Positions 37,330 through 47,528 of a stretch of 64,000 nucleotides of DNA are shown one piece after another. Made by a program: the position numbers and the translations under genes. Each line of letters begins with the position of its first letter. Positions within the stretch are counted from its first letter, which is position 1. The notes under the pieces are model-generated. The model was not told the origin of the DNA, made no database searches, and worked only from the letters and a program-made list of their open reading frames with translations. This DNA is from Halobacteriovoraceae bacterium (GTDB lineage: Bacteria > Bdellovibrionota > Bacteriovoracia > Bacteriovoracales > Bacteriovoracaceae): positions 15,155 to 79,154 of the forward strand of contig PASN01000012.1 in assembly GCA_002711995.1 (NCBI GenBank), written 5' to 3'.

Positions 37330-38766
37330 ATGAGACACGGATTATTTTACCTATTCCTATCCTTACTATTGGGCTGTGGTAGATCTGTAAACGTCAAAAC
37401 TTCTCAAAAGAAAGAACAAAGTCTCGCCAAGACAAGTGTGTCGATCATTGAGAATCATGAGCAGTTCATAGAGCTTCCTTATTCAGAATCATATTCTGCA
37501 AATTCATGCGAGATTTCAAATATAGCAGGAGTAAACGTTACAACAAGTTGCTCCTGCTCCTCCGGTGTTTGCACTGTTGGCATAACACCAATTGGTACCG
37601 GTCTCGCTGACTTTGAGTACTCTGTAACTGATGGCACCAATACCGAAACAAGATCAATAGACATTACTGTGAAGGCCATAATTCCCTTTGTCTCGACTTG
37701 GTCGCTGCCTGGAGGTTTCGGTGCAGATGAAACAGTAACGCTACCTCTTAGAAGTGGATTTAATTATGACTTCACAGTTGATTGGGGTGATGGAACTACT
37801 ACTGAAGTTACTTCTTGGGATGATGTGGATAAAACACACACATACGCCTCGACCGGCACTTATACTATTACCATTACAGGTCTTCTAGAGACACTATACT
37901 TTAACAACACAAGCAGTGATAAGGATGACATAATTTCAATTTCAGAACTTGGAACAGTTGGATGGAAAAGCTTTGAAAATGCTTTCTATGGGTGTACCAA
38001 CCTGGGCTCTGTTGCAGGTGGAGACACTTCCGAGGTCACTGATATGAAGTGGATGTTCTATACGGCCAGCAACGTCTCACCAGACACAAGTGGTTGGGAC
38101 ACATCCAATGTGAAGGATATGTCCAATATGTTTAACAGCGCCTCAGTGGCCACTCCAGATACTACAAACTGGAATACCTCACAAGTTACACTTATGGAAG
38201 GCATGTTTAGGGGTGCGAATACTGCAGACCCAGTTACAACAAATTGGGATACCTCACAAGTTACAAGTATGAGAAACATGTTTTGGGACGCGAGTACTGC
38301 AAACCCAGTTACAACAAATTGGGATACCTCACAAGTTACAGATATGAGTAATATGTTTAGAAATGCTACTAATGCAAATCCAGATACAGAAAATTGGGAT
38401 ACATCGAACGTAACAGATATGAGGGTTATGTTCTACGACGCAGATAGTGCCAATCCAAATACAGAGAATTGGGACACTTCAAAAGTTACAAGCATGAGAA
38501 ATATGTTTGCAGAAACTTCATTAGCAGATCCAGACATGTCGGGATGGGATTTTTCAAGCCTCACCGATATCGAGTTAATCTTTTCAAACGCTTCACTTTC
38601 AACATCAAATTATGACAGCATGCTTATCCAATTGGACGCGACAGCACCTGCTGGTCTTATACTCGATGTGGGGACAACTAAGTTCACCTCCTCTAGCTTA
38701 GCAGAAGCCGCACGTAACAATCTTACTGTAAGTGGGTGGACCATCAATGATGGTGGTTGGATCTAA
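37330..38766 (+). CDS. DUF285/BspA-type surface lipoprotein, paralog 4
   Basis: 478 aa with lipobox LLLGCG. Same Cys-rich module, conserved LPLRSGFNYDFTVDWGDG, and 26-aa NWDTSQVT.M..MF repeats. Confidence 0.8.
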   Translation: MRHGLFYLFLSLLLGCGRSVNVKTSQKKEQSLAKTSVSIIENHEQFIELPYSESYSANSCEISNIAGVNVTTSCSCSSGVCTVGITPIGTGLADFEYSVTDGTNTETRSIDITVKAIIPFVSTWSLPGGFGADETVTLPLRSGFNYDFTVDWGDGTTTEVTSWDDVDKTHTYASTGTYTITITGLLETLYFNNTSSDKDDIISISELGTVGWKSFENAFYGCTNLGSVAGGDTSEVTDMKWMFYTASNVSPDTSGWDTSNVKDMSNMFNSASVATPDTTNWNTSQVTLMEGMFRGANTADPVTTNWDTSQVTSMRNMFWDASTANPVTTNWDTSQVTDMSNMFRNATNANPDTENWDTSNVTDMRVMFYDADSANPNTENWDTSKVTSMRNMFAETSLADPDMSGWDFSSLTDIELIFSNASLSTSNYDSMLIQLDATAPAGLILDVGTTKFTSSSLAEAARNNLTVSGWTINDGGWI

Positions 38767-38973
38767 TTCTTGAGCACATTAATCCAGCGAAGAGCGAAAT
38801 AAACCATATTTGGCCCTAAAGGGTGCCTTTAAATATGGGCATCTACAAGTCTCGCCCATTTCAGGGGCCATGCCTAAAAAGGTTTAAATAGTTAAAAACA
38901 CTTAGCTCTTTTTAAAATTTAGTAATTCCAAACCAAAACACCGGCAAAATTGTAAATAGATTCGATCTAGCTT

Positions 38974-39000
38974 TAAAGATCAATTCTAAAGTACCGAAAA
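38974..39000 (+). promoter_or_regulatory. sigma28-like promoter: TAAA-N15-ACCGAAAA
   Basis: TAAA at 38974-38977 and ACCGAAAA at 38993-39000, 26 nt upstream of the ATG at 39027. Confidence 0.45.
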
Positions 39001-39026
39001 GTATATAGAAGTACTTAATAGTTGGG

Positions 39027-42000
39027 ATGAAAATGAAAAAAGTCTTGAACACATTTAAAACGGAATTGTCTTTAATTTTCTTTTTAGGACTATTCAGCGC
39101 GTGTTTGCCAATGGAGAAAAAAACTCAATGTGGCGACAACGAAGCGTTTAACGCCACTCAAAGAAAGTGTGTTCCTGTTGTTGGGGCGGCATCTGGAAAT
39201 ACAGTGTTCATCAACGGTAAATCTCCAACGAACTCATACACCACTAGTTTAGGACAAGCTCCTATCACCCACACTATTTCCGTGAGTGATGTGTATGGCT
39301 ACGGCTATTCGGTTGTTTGGAAAGAAGACTTTGTTTCAACTGTTGATAGTTCACAAAACTACAACAACCATACTGTATCAACCAATAACTTAACGTACGC
39401 ATTCAACCCCCCAAGCACTTTGAGACCTGATCTTCAGGGAAGCTACTTAATTGAAGCTCAAATTTTTGATAGCGACGGTGTCACAATGCTTGATTCAGTC
39501 AACTGGACTGTAACAGTTGCAGATCAAACTGTGCCCCAAATTACAAACTTAAATCCTAATACAAATGTGCTTACATACGCATCCAGTCTCACTACCGCAA
39601 CCGTAAGTGCAGACATTACAAATGGCGATGCAAGGTCTGTACGCTACACATGGTACATGAACTCTTCTATTCAGAGCGGTCCATTTACTTCAACTTCAAC
39701 TTCAATTTCAACTTCCTTGCCTTTTAATCCAAGCACAGACTTGGGCACCGGCATTCATACAATTGAACTTCTAGTGGAAGACTCTGTTAGTGGTTCACAG
39801 TTTGACAGCCACTCTTACATGATAAATGTCGTTGATCCGGACAGGCCAGTTATTGCCAGTGGGGATCCAGCTTTCACTGAAACAATCATTGCAATAGATG
39901 GTGAGAGTTATGCAACTGGCGGCTATTTCTATTCAAGTGATTACCTTGCTCTAAATGCGACAGGGGCCGGCAACGCTGATCCAGGACTTTGTATTACAGT
40001 GGATAATTGGGACAAAGACGGTGATGGAAATCCTGACTTGGATGTAAAGTTTGATATTAATGGCCAAATACAAGGGGCCGTTGCAAACATCTCATCAAAC
40101 ACCTACTGTCTGACAACGTTGAACGCAATAAACCTTGCTTCCCCACAAATTGGTGTAAGTAAAACAATTACCGCTTCTACCTATTTAAGTGGTACCTCAA
40201 CCCTAATAGAACAAAAGCAGTGGGCATTAAATATAGTGCCTAGAACCCAAGCACCAACGATTGCAATTAACACTACAGCTTACGCAAATATGAGCGACTG
40301 CTCTGCAAACACTCTAGCTGCCACAGGCTGTACGGCAACACAAAGTATAGATGATGATGGCGATGGCCTATATGATGGAAGCAACGACTCCGCAGTGGCA
40401 GGGTATACAATTTCAGACACAGACAATGTAGTGCAAGTTGCTTTAAATGTAAGAGATGTGGAATCATTTCTTGCAGGGGTACCCGCAGCATACAACGAAG
40501 ATCAGATCGAAGTATTTTATCAAATAAAGAAATCTACTGACACCAGCTATCAAGACTTGGACTCAACAGCAAGTTACAGTAAGTCAGATTGTACAATTGC
40601 GGCCGGAGTGCCAAAAACAGATATCGGTCCAACAGCAGGTTGGGATTCCTCATACGCATGTCTTCTTCGTTTTGACGGTTATGACTCATCAGGTTTGCCT
40701 ATAGCTGAGGGAGTTTACAATGTTAAGGCCTTCATAAGGGATCCCGGCAGTCAGTGGGCCACTATGAGTCCTCAAGAGTCAAATCATATTGAATGGACTA
40801 TTACGGTTGGAGAAACAAACTCTCAACCCATAATTGAAGCTCAAGACCCCACAGACTATACAATTCCTGGCAACTTGGTTGGAGGAACATACAGGTCATG
40901 GGTTGAGATTGCAGACTCCTCTTGTGTGGGCCAAGGGACCTTGAAGGCCGGAGATATTTCTAGCCCAAGCACTGCTCCACCCGCACTAAATCAGGCCGAT
41001 GAGAATGACTTTATTATAATTCATACGCTAGTTAAAGATGTTGAAAGAGACTCTTTAAACGCTGAAGTAAAACTAAAAACTGGGCCAAGCACTGGATACA
41101 TTCTAAGTCCCACTTCAACTGTGACTAACACTTACAATTCAGAGGGCTATGTAGATGTCCAAAGATGTGTTCAGATTCCTGAATTTGCTGTTTCAACTGG
41201 AGCTTCAACAGTCGATTTTGAGATCACTATTACAGAAAGCACTGATAGCAATGGTTCTAACTCTACAACAAATAACTTTGGAGTTTATGTTAACAATCAA
41301 AACCCAGAGCCCTACTTTGCAGATTACTCAGATGAAGATCTTCTAGATCGCGACAATGTTACGGCCGGAGACCAAAAGACATATGCCTATGCAGGTTACC
41401 CTTTCACAATCACACCTCCTGCACACTTTGACGACAGTGTATACGATGGCAAAAACGTTGAATGGCAATGGCAGGTCTGCGTGGGCCTTGCAACAGACGG
41501 TCAAAACGCAGCGACAGAGAACTGTGACACGACAGCAACAGGCGGCGGATGGGCAGATATTACAAATGCTGATCACTTAAATATGGCAAGCACTGAATTA
41601 GAATGGACTCCAAGCCTTGATTTAGTTGGCAACAGAGTTGCTCTAAGACTCTGCCTAGGCGACGATGGTGTGGGCAACCCTGCAGACTGTACAAACACAG
41701 CTGTCTCTAGAAAGAGTTATACTAACATCACAGTTATTAACCCTAAGTTCAATATGGCACAGACTGCAACTGACTCTTCGTCGGGAACAGAGCTTGCCAT
41801 CTGGCATGATGACACAAACGAGCGTCTCTACACTGCTTATGCCAGCGGAACAAAGATCGTGGTTGAGAAGCAAATCAAAGAAACTGACACTACAAGCTCA
41901 AACTATGGAAGCTGGGTAAGTGACTACGCGATAAGTTTTGAAACGGAAGATACAAATATTGGTAAAACTCCGGTAACAGTAACTGATCTTTCAATGGAAG

Positions 42001-43529
42001 GATTGCTGGCACCAGGAAACCAAGACTCCCTTTATATCGCCTATAGAGTGGTTGAATCTTCAAGCTCAATTCCTCAAATAAGAGTCAGAAGAATAGACAT
42101 TACAGATGGAAGATTTTCTTTCTGGCATGGGGGACTCTTCGTGGATAATACTGATTCTGACGACATGGTTTTAACAGATGAAGCCGATTTAAACGCAACC
42201 TACTCTTCTCAAAATCAGAACTCCACAATGGTTATAACATTCAACGGAGCCACTAGCACTGCAAGTGATACATTTTCAATTAGAACCGCAACAGATCCAA
42301 CAAACGCTGCTGCAACCATTGACTTAGTAGACTTTTGCACCACCTCGCCAAACTGTGCGGATGAAAATACTTCTGCTTCAGCATTCTATGCCACTGCTGT
42401 TGCAGACGCTGCATTTACAAAAGAATTTACCATTCAAGCTCCAAGTACGAATGGACTGGCAAATAACCAAGTTAGAATTATTGGACCACCAGCTCTTGAC
42501 TATGAAGACTACTCTTCTGTTGTGGGCTCCGTGGGCAATATCTCAATTGACAGAGACCCTTCCACATACAAGTGGTATGTGCCATACACCAATGCATCCA
42601 ACAGCAATACGCTCTCGCTTTTAGTGGGTGACAATGCTGAGTTAAACATGAGCTTCTCCGCACCTTTATTTTATAATTTAGCATCTTCAAGCAGCAACAA
42701 TACGATGGTGGCAAGTGCTGTAAACTCTAACGGTGACATTATAATTGGCGCCAGAAATTCAAGCGGCAATCTTGATCTGTACTCTGTAGGCTCAAACCTT
42801 ACTGCAGGTGCAAACATCATAAATATTTTTGATATGACTGGTTTTTTACAAGTTGAAGACTTTAACCTATCCATTGGAATGAATGACCATATATTTGTCG
42901 GCGCAAAATCTAAGGCCTTCAGGGACAGCGTTAACAAGTACTATCCAAGTGTGGCCGTGGTGAGAAACAATCTGTCAGAGGTAAGCTCAACCACACAATT
43001 CTTAACGACTACTAACTATCTTATGCAGCCAGGTACAGATCAAATAAAAGTTATGGCCCACCCTAGTGAAGACGGTGCAGCTTTCTTGGCCATCACAACT
43101 AATAGCAATCACTATGAAGATGACGCCAATGGCACAGCTGCAGGCTCTGGTATTCCAAATCAGGCCCATTTGGCAAAAATCTATCAAAACACCTCCAATT
43201 TTGGTCAACAAATAAGCTTCTTTGACTACCAGTTGGATCCTAGTGCATCGCCAGCAAATTTGGCGTCCCCTGCTCTTAACAGCTCAAACAACACTCTAAA
43301 TGGTGGGGCAATAGCTGTGACACCGGTCTTTTCAGGAGTTACCAGAGGGCACTCAGACCCAAGTACAAATATCGCAGAGGATAACTCCAAAGATGCCGTA
43401 TTCTTTGTTTGGCACGACGGCTCCGGAACAAATGAGATTGAGGGTGGGATGTTCAATGTTGAGCTTGAGCAAATGGACACTAATTCAACCAGTGTAAGCG
43501 GCGCCTTCCCGGCCATTTTGTCCAACTAA
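39027..43529 (+). CDS. 1500-aa surface lipoprotein, unknown function (Thr/Ser/Asn/Asp-rich, probably multi-Ig/beta-propeller)
   Basis: Long uninterrupted ORF with lipobox LGLFSAC. I recognise no catalytic motif. Confidence 0.7.
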   Translation: MKMKKVLNTFKTELSLIFFLGLFSACLPMEKKTQCGDNEAFNATQRKCVPVVGAASGNTVFINGKSPTNSYTTSLGQAPITHTISVSDVYGYGYSVVWKEDFVSTVDSSQNYNNHTVSTNNLTYAFNPPSTLRPDLQGSYLIEAQIFDSDGVTMLDSVNWTVTVADQTVPQITNLNPNTNVLTYASSLTTATVSADITNGDARSVRYTWYMNSSIQSGPFTSTSTSISTSLPFNPSTDLGTGIHTIELLVEDSVSGSQFDSHSYMINVVDPDRPVIASGDPAFTETIIAIDGESYATGGYFYSSDYLALNATGAGNADPGLCITVDNWDKDGDGNPDLDVKFDINGQIQGAVANISSNTYCLTTLNAINLASPQIGVSKTITASTYLSGTSTLIEQKQWALNIVPRTQAPTIAINTTAYANMSDCSANTLAATGCTATQSIDDDGDGLYDGSNDSAVAGYTISDTDNVVQVALNVRDVESFLAGVPAAYNEDQIEVFYQIKKSTDTSYQDLDSTASYSKSDCTIAAGVPKTDIGPTAGWDSSYACLLRFDGYDSSGLPIAEGVYNVKAFIRDPGSQWATMSPQESNHIEWTITVGETNSQPIIEAQDPTDYTIPGNLVGGTYRSWVEIADSSCVGQGTLKAGDISSPSTAPPALNQADENDFIIIHTLVKDVERDSLNAEVKLKTGPSTGYILSPTSTVTNTYNSEGYVDVQRCVQIPEFAVSTGASTVDFEITITESTDSNGSNSTTNNFGVYVNNQNPEPYFADYSDEDLLDRDNVTAGDQKTYAYAGYPFTITPPAHFDDSVYDGKNVEWQWQVCVGLATDGQNAATENCDTTATGGGWADITNADHLNMASTELEWTPSLDLVGNRVALRLCLGDDGVGNPADCTNTAVSRKSYTNITVINPKFNMAQTATDSSSGTELAIWHDDTNERLYTAYASGTKIVVEKQIKETDTTSSNYGSWVSDYAISFETEDTNIGKTPVTVTDLSMEGLLAPGNQDSLYIAYRVVESSSSIPQIRVRRIDITDGRFSFWHGGLFVDNTDSDDMVLTDEADLNATYSSQNQNSTMVITFNGATSTASDTFSIRTATDPTNAAATIDLVDFCTTSPNCADENTSASAFYATAVADAAFTKEFTIQAPSTNGLANNQVRIIGPPALDYEDYSSVVGSVGNISIDRDPSTYKWYVPYTNASNSNTLSLLVGDNAELNMSFSAPLFYNLASSSSNNTMVASAVNSNGDIIIGARNSSGNLDLYSVGSNLTAGANIINIFDMTGFLQVEDFNLSIGMNDHIFVGAKSKAFRDSVNKYYPSVAVVRNNLSEVSSTTQFLTTTNYLMQPGTDQIKVMAHPSEDGAAFLAITTNSNHYEDDANGTAAGSGIPNQAHLAKIYQNTSNFGQQISFFDYQLDPSASPANLASPALNSSNNTLNGGAIAVTPVFSGVTRGHSDPSTNIAEDNSKDAVFFVWHDGSGTNEIEGGMFNVELEQMDTNSTSVSGAFPAILSN

Positions 43530-43563
43530 TTGCTGATTTTTAAATTAAGGTTAAAATAAGAGC

Positions 43564-44442
43564 ATGCGTGTATGCTTTTACCTTTTAATCTGCCTTTGTT
43601 CCCTTGCCCACTCTTATGAGTTGGTGATCATCAATGGTATCTCCCAAACTGGCTACACCTTTGTAACTCGCAATGGAAAAAAGGATGGGATACATGAAGG
43701 CAAAAAAGCAACATTCACTTCAAACAATGTAAGTCTTATAGCCAAGGCCATTTCGGTAACTCGAAACTTCACTCAGTGGGAAATTCAAAACGACGACACT
43801 CCAGTCCCCTTCCGAAAGGGCGAAGTTGTTACAATGTATGATGCCACAGAGCACCTTTGGGCATTAACCCCTGAAACAATTAAGAGACAATACATAAGAA
43901 GCGAAGTGTTTAGGCCTAGAGTTTCCATAGGCGGACACTTTTCTTTCTTTCGCGGTTTAAGCGCAAGTGTTTCCGAAGCTGCGGACACTCCAGATCAAAG
44001 GGGTGGATTCGCGTTTGAGGGAATGCTGGAAAAGGAATTAAACTACAACTTCTCAATGGCCGGAGGCTTTAGATACACAAGAGAGATAATTAATGTTGCT
44101 CAGGCCTCTTTAAGCACCACTCAAGCATTGGCCATCGCAGAGCTGCGCTACTATTTTGATAAAATGCCTGACTTCTACAACGCAAGATTTGGACTCGGCC
44201 TTGGAATGGGCTATGGACAGTCTCAAACTACAGCTGATGGGCAGACAAGTTCAGGCAGGGCACTGCTTCTTCCTATAACCAAGGCAAGCCTTAACTTCCC
44301 TACCAGCGACCTGGGAGTTTTTGTTTTGGAAGGCTCTTTTGAAAGCGCAAGAACAGAAGAAGAGTTTGAAGACGGGCGCGATCAATCAAGCAATGTGGAT
44401 AATTTTAGATACGGTGTGGGATTCAAAAGATATTTTGAATAG
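43564..44442 (+). CDS. putative outer-membrane beta-barrel protein with ~110-aa N-terminal domain
   Basis: 292 aa with a signal peptide. The C-terminal half has alternating amphipathic strands (GGHFSFFRG, GGFAFEGM, FSMAGGFRYT, AIAELRYYF, RFGLGLGMGYG, VFVLEGSFE, FRYGVGFKRYF). Confidence 0.5.
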   Translation: MRVCFYLLICLCSLAHSYELVIINGISQTGYTFVTRNGKKDGIHEGKKATFTSNNVSLIAKAISVTRNFTQWEIQNDDTPVPFRKGEVVTMYDATEHLWALTPETIKRQYIRSEVFRPRVSIGGHFSFFRGLSASVSEAADTPDQRGGFAFEGMLEKELNYNFSMAGGFRYTREIINVAQASLSTTQALAIAELRYYFDKMPDFYNARFGLGLGMGYGQSQTTADGQTSSGRALLLPITKASLNFPTSDLGVFVLEGSFESARTEEEFEDGRDQSSNVDNFRYGVGFKRYFE

Positions 44443-44470
44443 CGCCGAAGAACTTCTCCGGCGCATTTTT
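44442..44470 (+). terminator. rho-independent terminator
   Basis: Hairpin gcgccgaagaa-c-ttctccggcgc (44442-44464), followed by attttt. Confidence 0.6.
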
Positions 44471-44473
44471 GGA

Positions 44474-44917
44474 TTATTTTAAAACAGTTCCAGAAACTCT
44501 AAAAGGTGAACGAGAGCTCACACATCTTCTAACTTTGCTCAATTCTCCAAAAGTGAAAGACTCCATCACGTTTGTGAAAATCTCTCTATTAAGGTGGCAA
44601 GATCTAAAAGATCTAATTTTAAAGTCTTCGTAAACGCCAGCGTCCTCAGAAGTTTGAACAGTAAAAGTTGTTTTTACATAAGCATCTCTGTGGTAGCGAC
44701 CGATTGGATCAATTCCGCCAGTACATTTTACTTCAACATCAGTTGCTCCCAACTCTTCCAACATGTCATATGCTGCGTTCTCAACTGAGTCGCAATTATA
44801 AAAAACTCTCGCGCCAAAGTCTGTTCTAGAGTTGATTCTAAACTTCTCTTCGACGGTTTTTTCAGTTACTGCGTAAAGGCTTGTAAAGCTCAAAAGCGCT
44901 GCTAGTAGTAGTTTCAT
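44474..44917 (-). CDS. secreted protein of unknown function
   Basis: 147 aa with signal peptide MKLLLAALLSFTSLYA and four Cys. Confidence 0.5.
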   Translation of the reverse strand: MKLLLAALLSFTSLYAVTEKTVEEKFRINSRTDFGARVFYNCDSVENAAYDMLEELGATDVEVKCTGGIDPIGRYHRDAYVKTTFTVQTSEDAGVYEDFKIRSFRSCHLNREIFTNVMESFTFGELSKVRRCVSSRSPFRVSGTVLK

Positions 44918-45029
44918 AAAGACCTCCTTATATGATTAGGTGTTTTTATGAAACCAATTGGCCTAAGCTTAGTCAAGTAGACATGCGTTGCAAAAAAATG
45001 GCCTTCCAATTGGAAGGCCATATTTAGTT

Positions 45030-45980
45030 TTATTTAAGTCCAATCTCAACCAGACGTTTCATCAGTGCGTCATGAGCGCTAATTGGTTCATACTTCGCTC
45101 CTTCACCAACACAAGACTGAATGCACTCAAGCATGGCCTCTGGATGTGGGTGAACAAAGAATGGCATTGAGTATCTCTCTGAGCCACTATCATCTGGATT
45201 GATTACGCGGTGGATCGTAGCAGGAATAACATCATTTGTGATTCTTGAAAGCATGTCGCCTGAATCAACAACAAGCTGTCCTTCTTTAGTGTTCACATCA
45301 AGCCACTGTCCATCTCTATCCAGTAGCTGAAGTCCACTTGCGGTTGCTCCCATAAGAATAGTGATTAGGTTGATGTCACCGTGAGCGGCAGCTCTAATAG
45401 ATCCTGCTGGAGGAGCATCCCCTACTGGTGGGTAATGAATCGCTCTAAGCACAGAGTTTCCTTCTGTGATCATTTTTGAGAAGTAGTCCTTAGGAACATC
45501 CAAGGCCCTTCCCAGTGCTTCCAGTAGAACATGAGATGTCTTATCCAAGGCATTGTACAGATTCAAAAGGTGTTCTTTAAATTCAGGAACCTCTTTTTCA
45601 GGCCATACGTTTTCTGGATAATACTCGTGAAACTTGTGTCCAGACGGAACTTCTCTTCCAACATGCCAGAATTCTTTAAGGTCTTTATACGGGTTATCTT
45701 TTGCGTGCTCAGTGCCAAATGGAGTGTAACCTCTCTGGCCGCCGCCTTTTTCACAGATGTAATTTCTTTTAGTTTCTTCATCCAATTCGAAGAACTTCTT
45801 AACGGCAGCGTAGCCCTCTTGACGAGTCACTTCCTGAATTGGGTGATCCTTTAAGATAATAAAGCCGTAGTCTTTAAGCCCTGAGTAAAGCTGGTCAACA
45901 AATTTCTGCTGATCCGCCTCGCTTCCCTCGACATAGCTCATTAAGCTTAACTCTGGAACTTGTCTTTTCTCACTCATCAC
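45030..45980 (-). CDS. 2-oxoglutarate/Fe(II)-dependent oxygenase (isopenicillin N synthase-like family)
   Basis: 316 aa. Facial-triad context AAHGDINLITIL...ATIHRV, and RYSMPFFVHP. Confidence 0.8.
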   Translation of the reverse strand: MMSEKRQVPELSLMSYVEGSEADQQKFVDQLYSGLKDYGFIILKDHPIQEVTRQEGYAAVKKFFELDEETKRNYICEKGGGQRGYTPFGTEHAKDNPYKDLKEFWHVGREVPSGHKFHEYYPENVWPEKEVPEFKEHLLNLYNALDKTSHVLLEALGRALDVPKDYFSKMITEGNSVLRAIHYPPVGDAPPAGSIRAAAHGDINLITILMGATASGLQLLDRDGQWLDVNTKEGQLVVDSGDMLSRITNDVIPATIHRVINPDDSGSERYSMPFFVHPHPEAMLECIQSCVGEGAKYEPISAHDALMKRLVEIGLK

Positions 45981-46051
45981 ACACTCCTAAAACTTTTAAT
46001 TGGTATATTCTAACAAACTTTTAGCTTCAAATTTAATAATTCTTTCCGGCA

Positions 46052-46723
46052 TCAATCTCGCTTTCCAAAGATCGCCGAGCCCACTCTTACCCAACTGCTG
46101 CCCTCTTCCAGCGCAATCTCAAAATCCTGACTCATTCCCATGGACAACTCCAGGGAGTCTCCATTTAGCTCTTTTGCAAGTTCTCTTAACTTTGAAAAAC
46201 ACTCTTTTGCACTTTTTTCAAAGTCTGAACTTCTAATCGAGCCCATAGTCATAAGCCCCTGCAAGTAAAATCCTTCTGAGTCTTCGATAAGCTTTTTGGA
46301 CTCAAGAAGCTCTTCAAAACTCTCAAGACCGCTCTTCTCCTTCTCTCCAGAAGTGTTGTACTGCAAGAACAGCCCAATCTTTTTATCAACTTTTTTGTTC
46401 AAAAGCTTATTCAATAATTTGATGCTATCTATGGAATGAATAGATACAAGATTTGGCACCCTTAGGAGGTGGTTGATCTTGTTTGTTTGAAGCTTTCCTA
46501 TAAAGTGCCAATTTATATCTGGGCACCTGGTTTCAAGAGTTTGGGCCTTTTCCAAAAGGTCTTGAACCTTATTTTCCCCGAAGTTTCCTTGCCCCTGCTC
46601 ATAGGCCAACTCAACATCACTAGCGGGATAGGTTTTGCTTACGGCAACAAGTCCCGCTCGGCCATTCAGCCGAGCGCGGATATTATCTAAGTTTTCTTTG
46701 ATTGTTTTTTGACGGGAATCCAT
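46052..46723 (-). CDS. yggS: YggS-family pyridoxal-phosphate homeostasis protein
   Basis: 223 aa. LVAVSKTYP (PLP lysine), FGENKVQDL, WHFIGKLQTNK and LSMGMSQDFEIALEEGSSWVRVGSAIFG. Confidence 0.85.
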   Translation of the reverse strand: MDSRQKTIKENLDNIRARLNGRAGLVAVSKTYPASDVELAYEQGQGNFGENKVQDLLEKAQTLETRCPDINWHFIGKLQTNKINHLLRVPNLVSIHSIDSIKLLNKLLNKKVDKKIGLFLQYNTSGEKEKSGLESFEELLESKKLIEDSEGFYLQGLMTMGSIRSSDFEKSAKECFSKLRELAKELNGDSLELSMGMSQDFEIALEEGSSWVRVGSAIFGKRD

Positions 46724-46726
46724 CTT

Positions 46727-47074
46727 CTAGTTTTCGTCTTCGATCTCAACCTTCGCCCTTTTTTTGGCGCCTGGCTTTTTCTTAAACTTGATATTGGCCT
46801 TAATCTCCATATCATAGTCTTCAAGTACACGGTCAATTTCTTTCGATAGATCAACTTTGTCCAAATAGGTTTTTAATTCTTTTTTAACTGAAAGAATAAA
46901 TTCCGTCTTTGTGGCCTTCGCGTTTGCAAGAAGGCCTTGAATGACATCTTTTGGAAGAGGAAGATCTTGGACAAGGTTTCGAATGCCCTCCTCGGTCATA
47001 AAGGCCGCGGAGATTCCAGTTGAGAATATCTTCTTTACCATGTCTCCAAGTTTTTTTTCTTCTTTCTCTTCCAT
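46727..47074 (-). CDS. small charged helical protein, unknown function
   Basis: 115 aa with a Lys/Glu-rich tail; tightly packed between the yggS and SRPBCC genes. Confidence 0.45.
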   Translation of the reverse strand: MEEKEEKKLGDMVKKIFSTGISAAFMTEEGIRNLVQDLPLPKDVIQGLLANAKATKTEFILSVKKELKTYLDKVDLSKEIDRVLEDYDMEIKANIKFKKKPGAKKRAKVEIEDEN

Positions 47075-47078
47075 ATTT

Positions 47079-47504
47079 TTACGCCTTTTTGGCCTTTTTC
47101 TGCACGGCCTTCATCATAGATGGCAGATTGCTTGAAACCAGCTTTTTGCTGATCATGCCAGGGACTTTAACTTTAAAGTCAACATTGATGCTGTAAGTAA
47201 CTTCAGTCTTGCCGTTTCCAGCATCTTTAAGCTCCCATGAGCCGTCACTTTTACTTAAAAGATCCCCTGAATCAAGGGTCCATGAAATTCTATCAGGACT
47301 TTCTAACTTGTGATCAAGCGTGTAAGAGAACTTTTTGATCATATTCAGATCATATCTTGCTTTAACATTGTCTCCGCTTCTCTCAACAACTTCCACCTTC
47401 TCAACTCCTGTCATGAAGTCTGGGTAGGATTCAAGGTCGCTTAAAACCTTAAAGATACTCTCTTTGTCCACATCAAAAATTTCAGTTCTACTTGCTTCGG
47501 CCAT
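47079..47504 (-). CDS. SRPBCC (polyketide cyclase/dehydrase, COQ10/RatA-like) family protein
   Basis: 141 aa. VFKVLSDLESYPDFMTGVEKVEVV is typical of the SRPBCC fold. Confidence 0.6.
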   Translation of the reverse strand: MAEASRTEIFDVDKESIFKVLSDLESYPDFMTGVEKVEVVERSGDNVKARYDLNMIKKFSYTLDHKLESPDRISWTLDSGDLLSKSDGSWELKDAGNGKTEVTYSINVDFKVKVPGMISKKLVSSNLPSMMKAVQKKAKKA

Positions 47505-47528
47505 TTAAAATTCCTTTTTTAAAATGAT

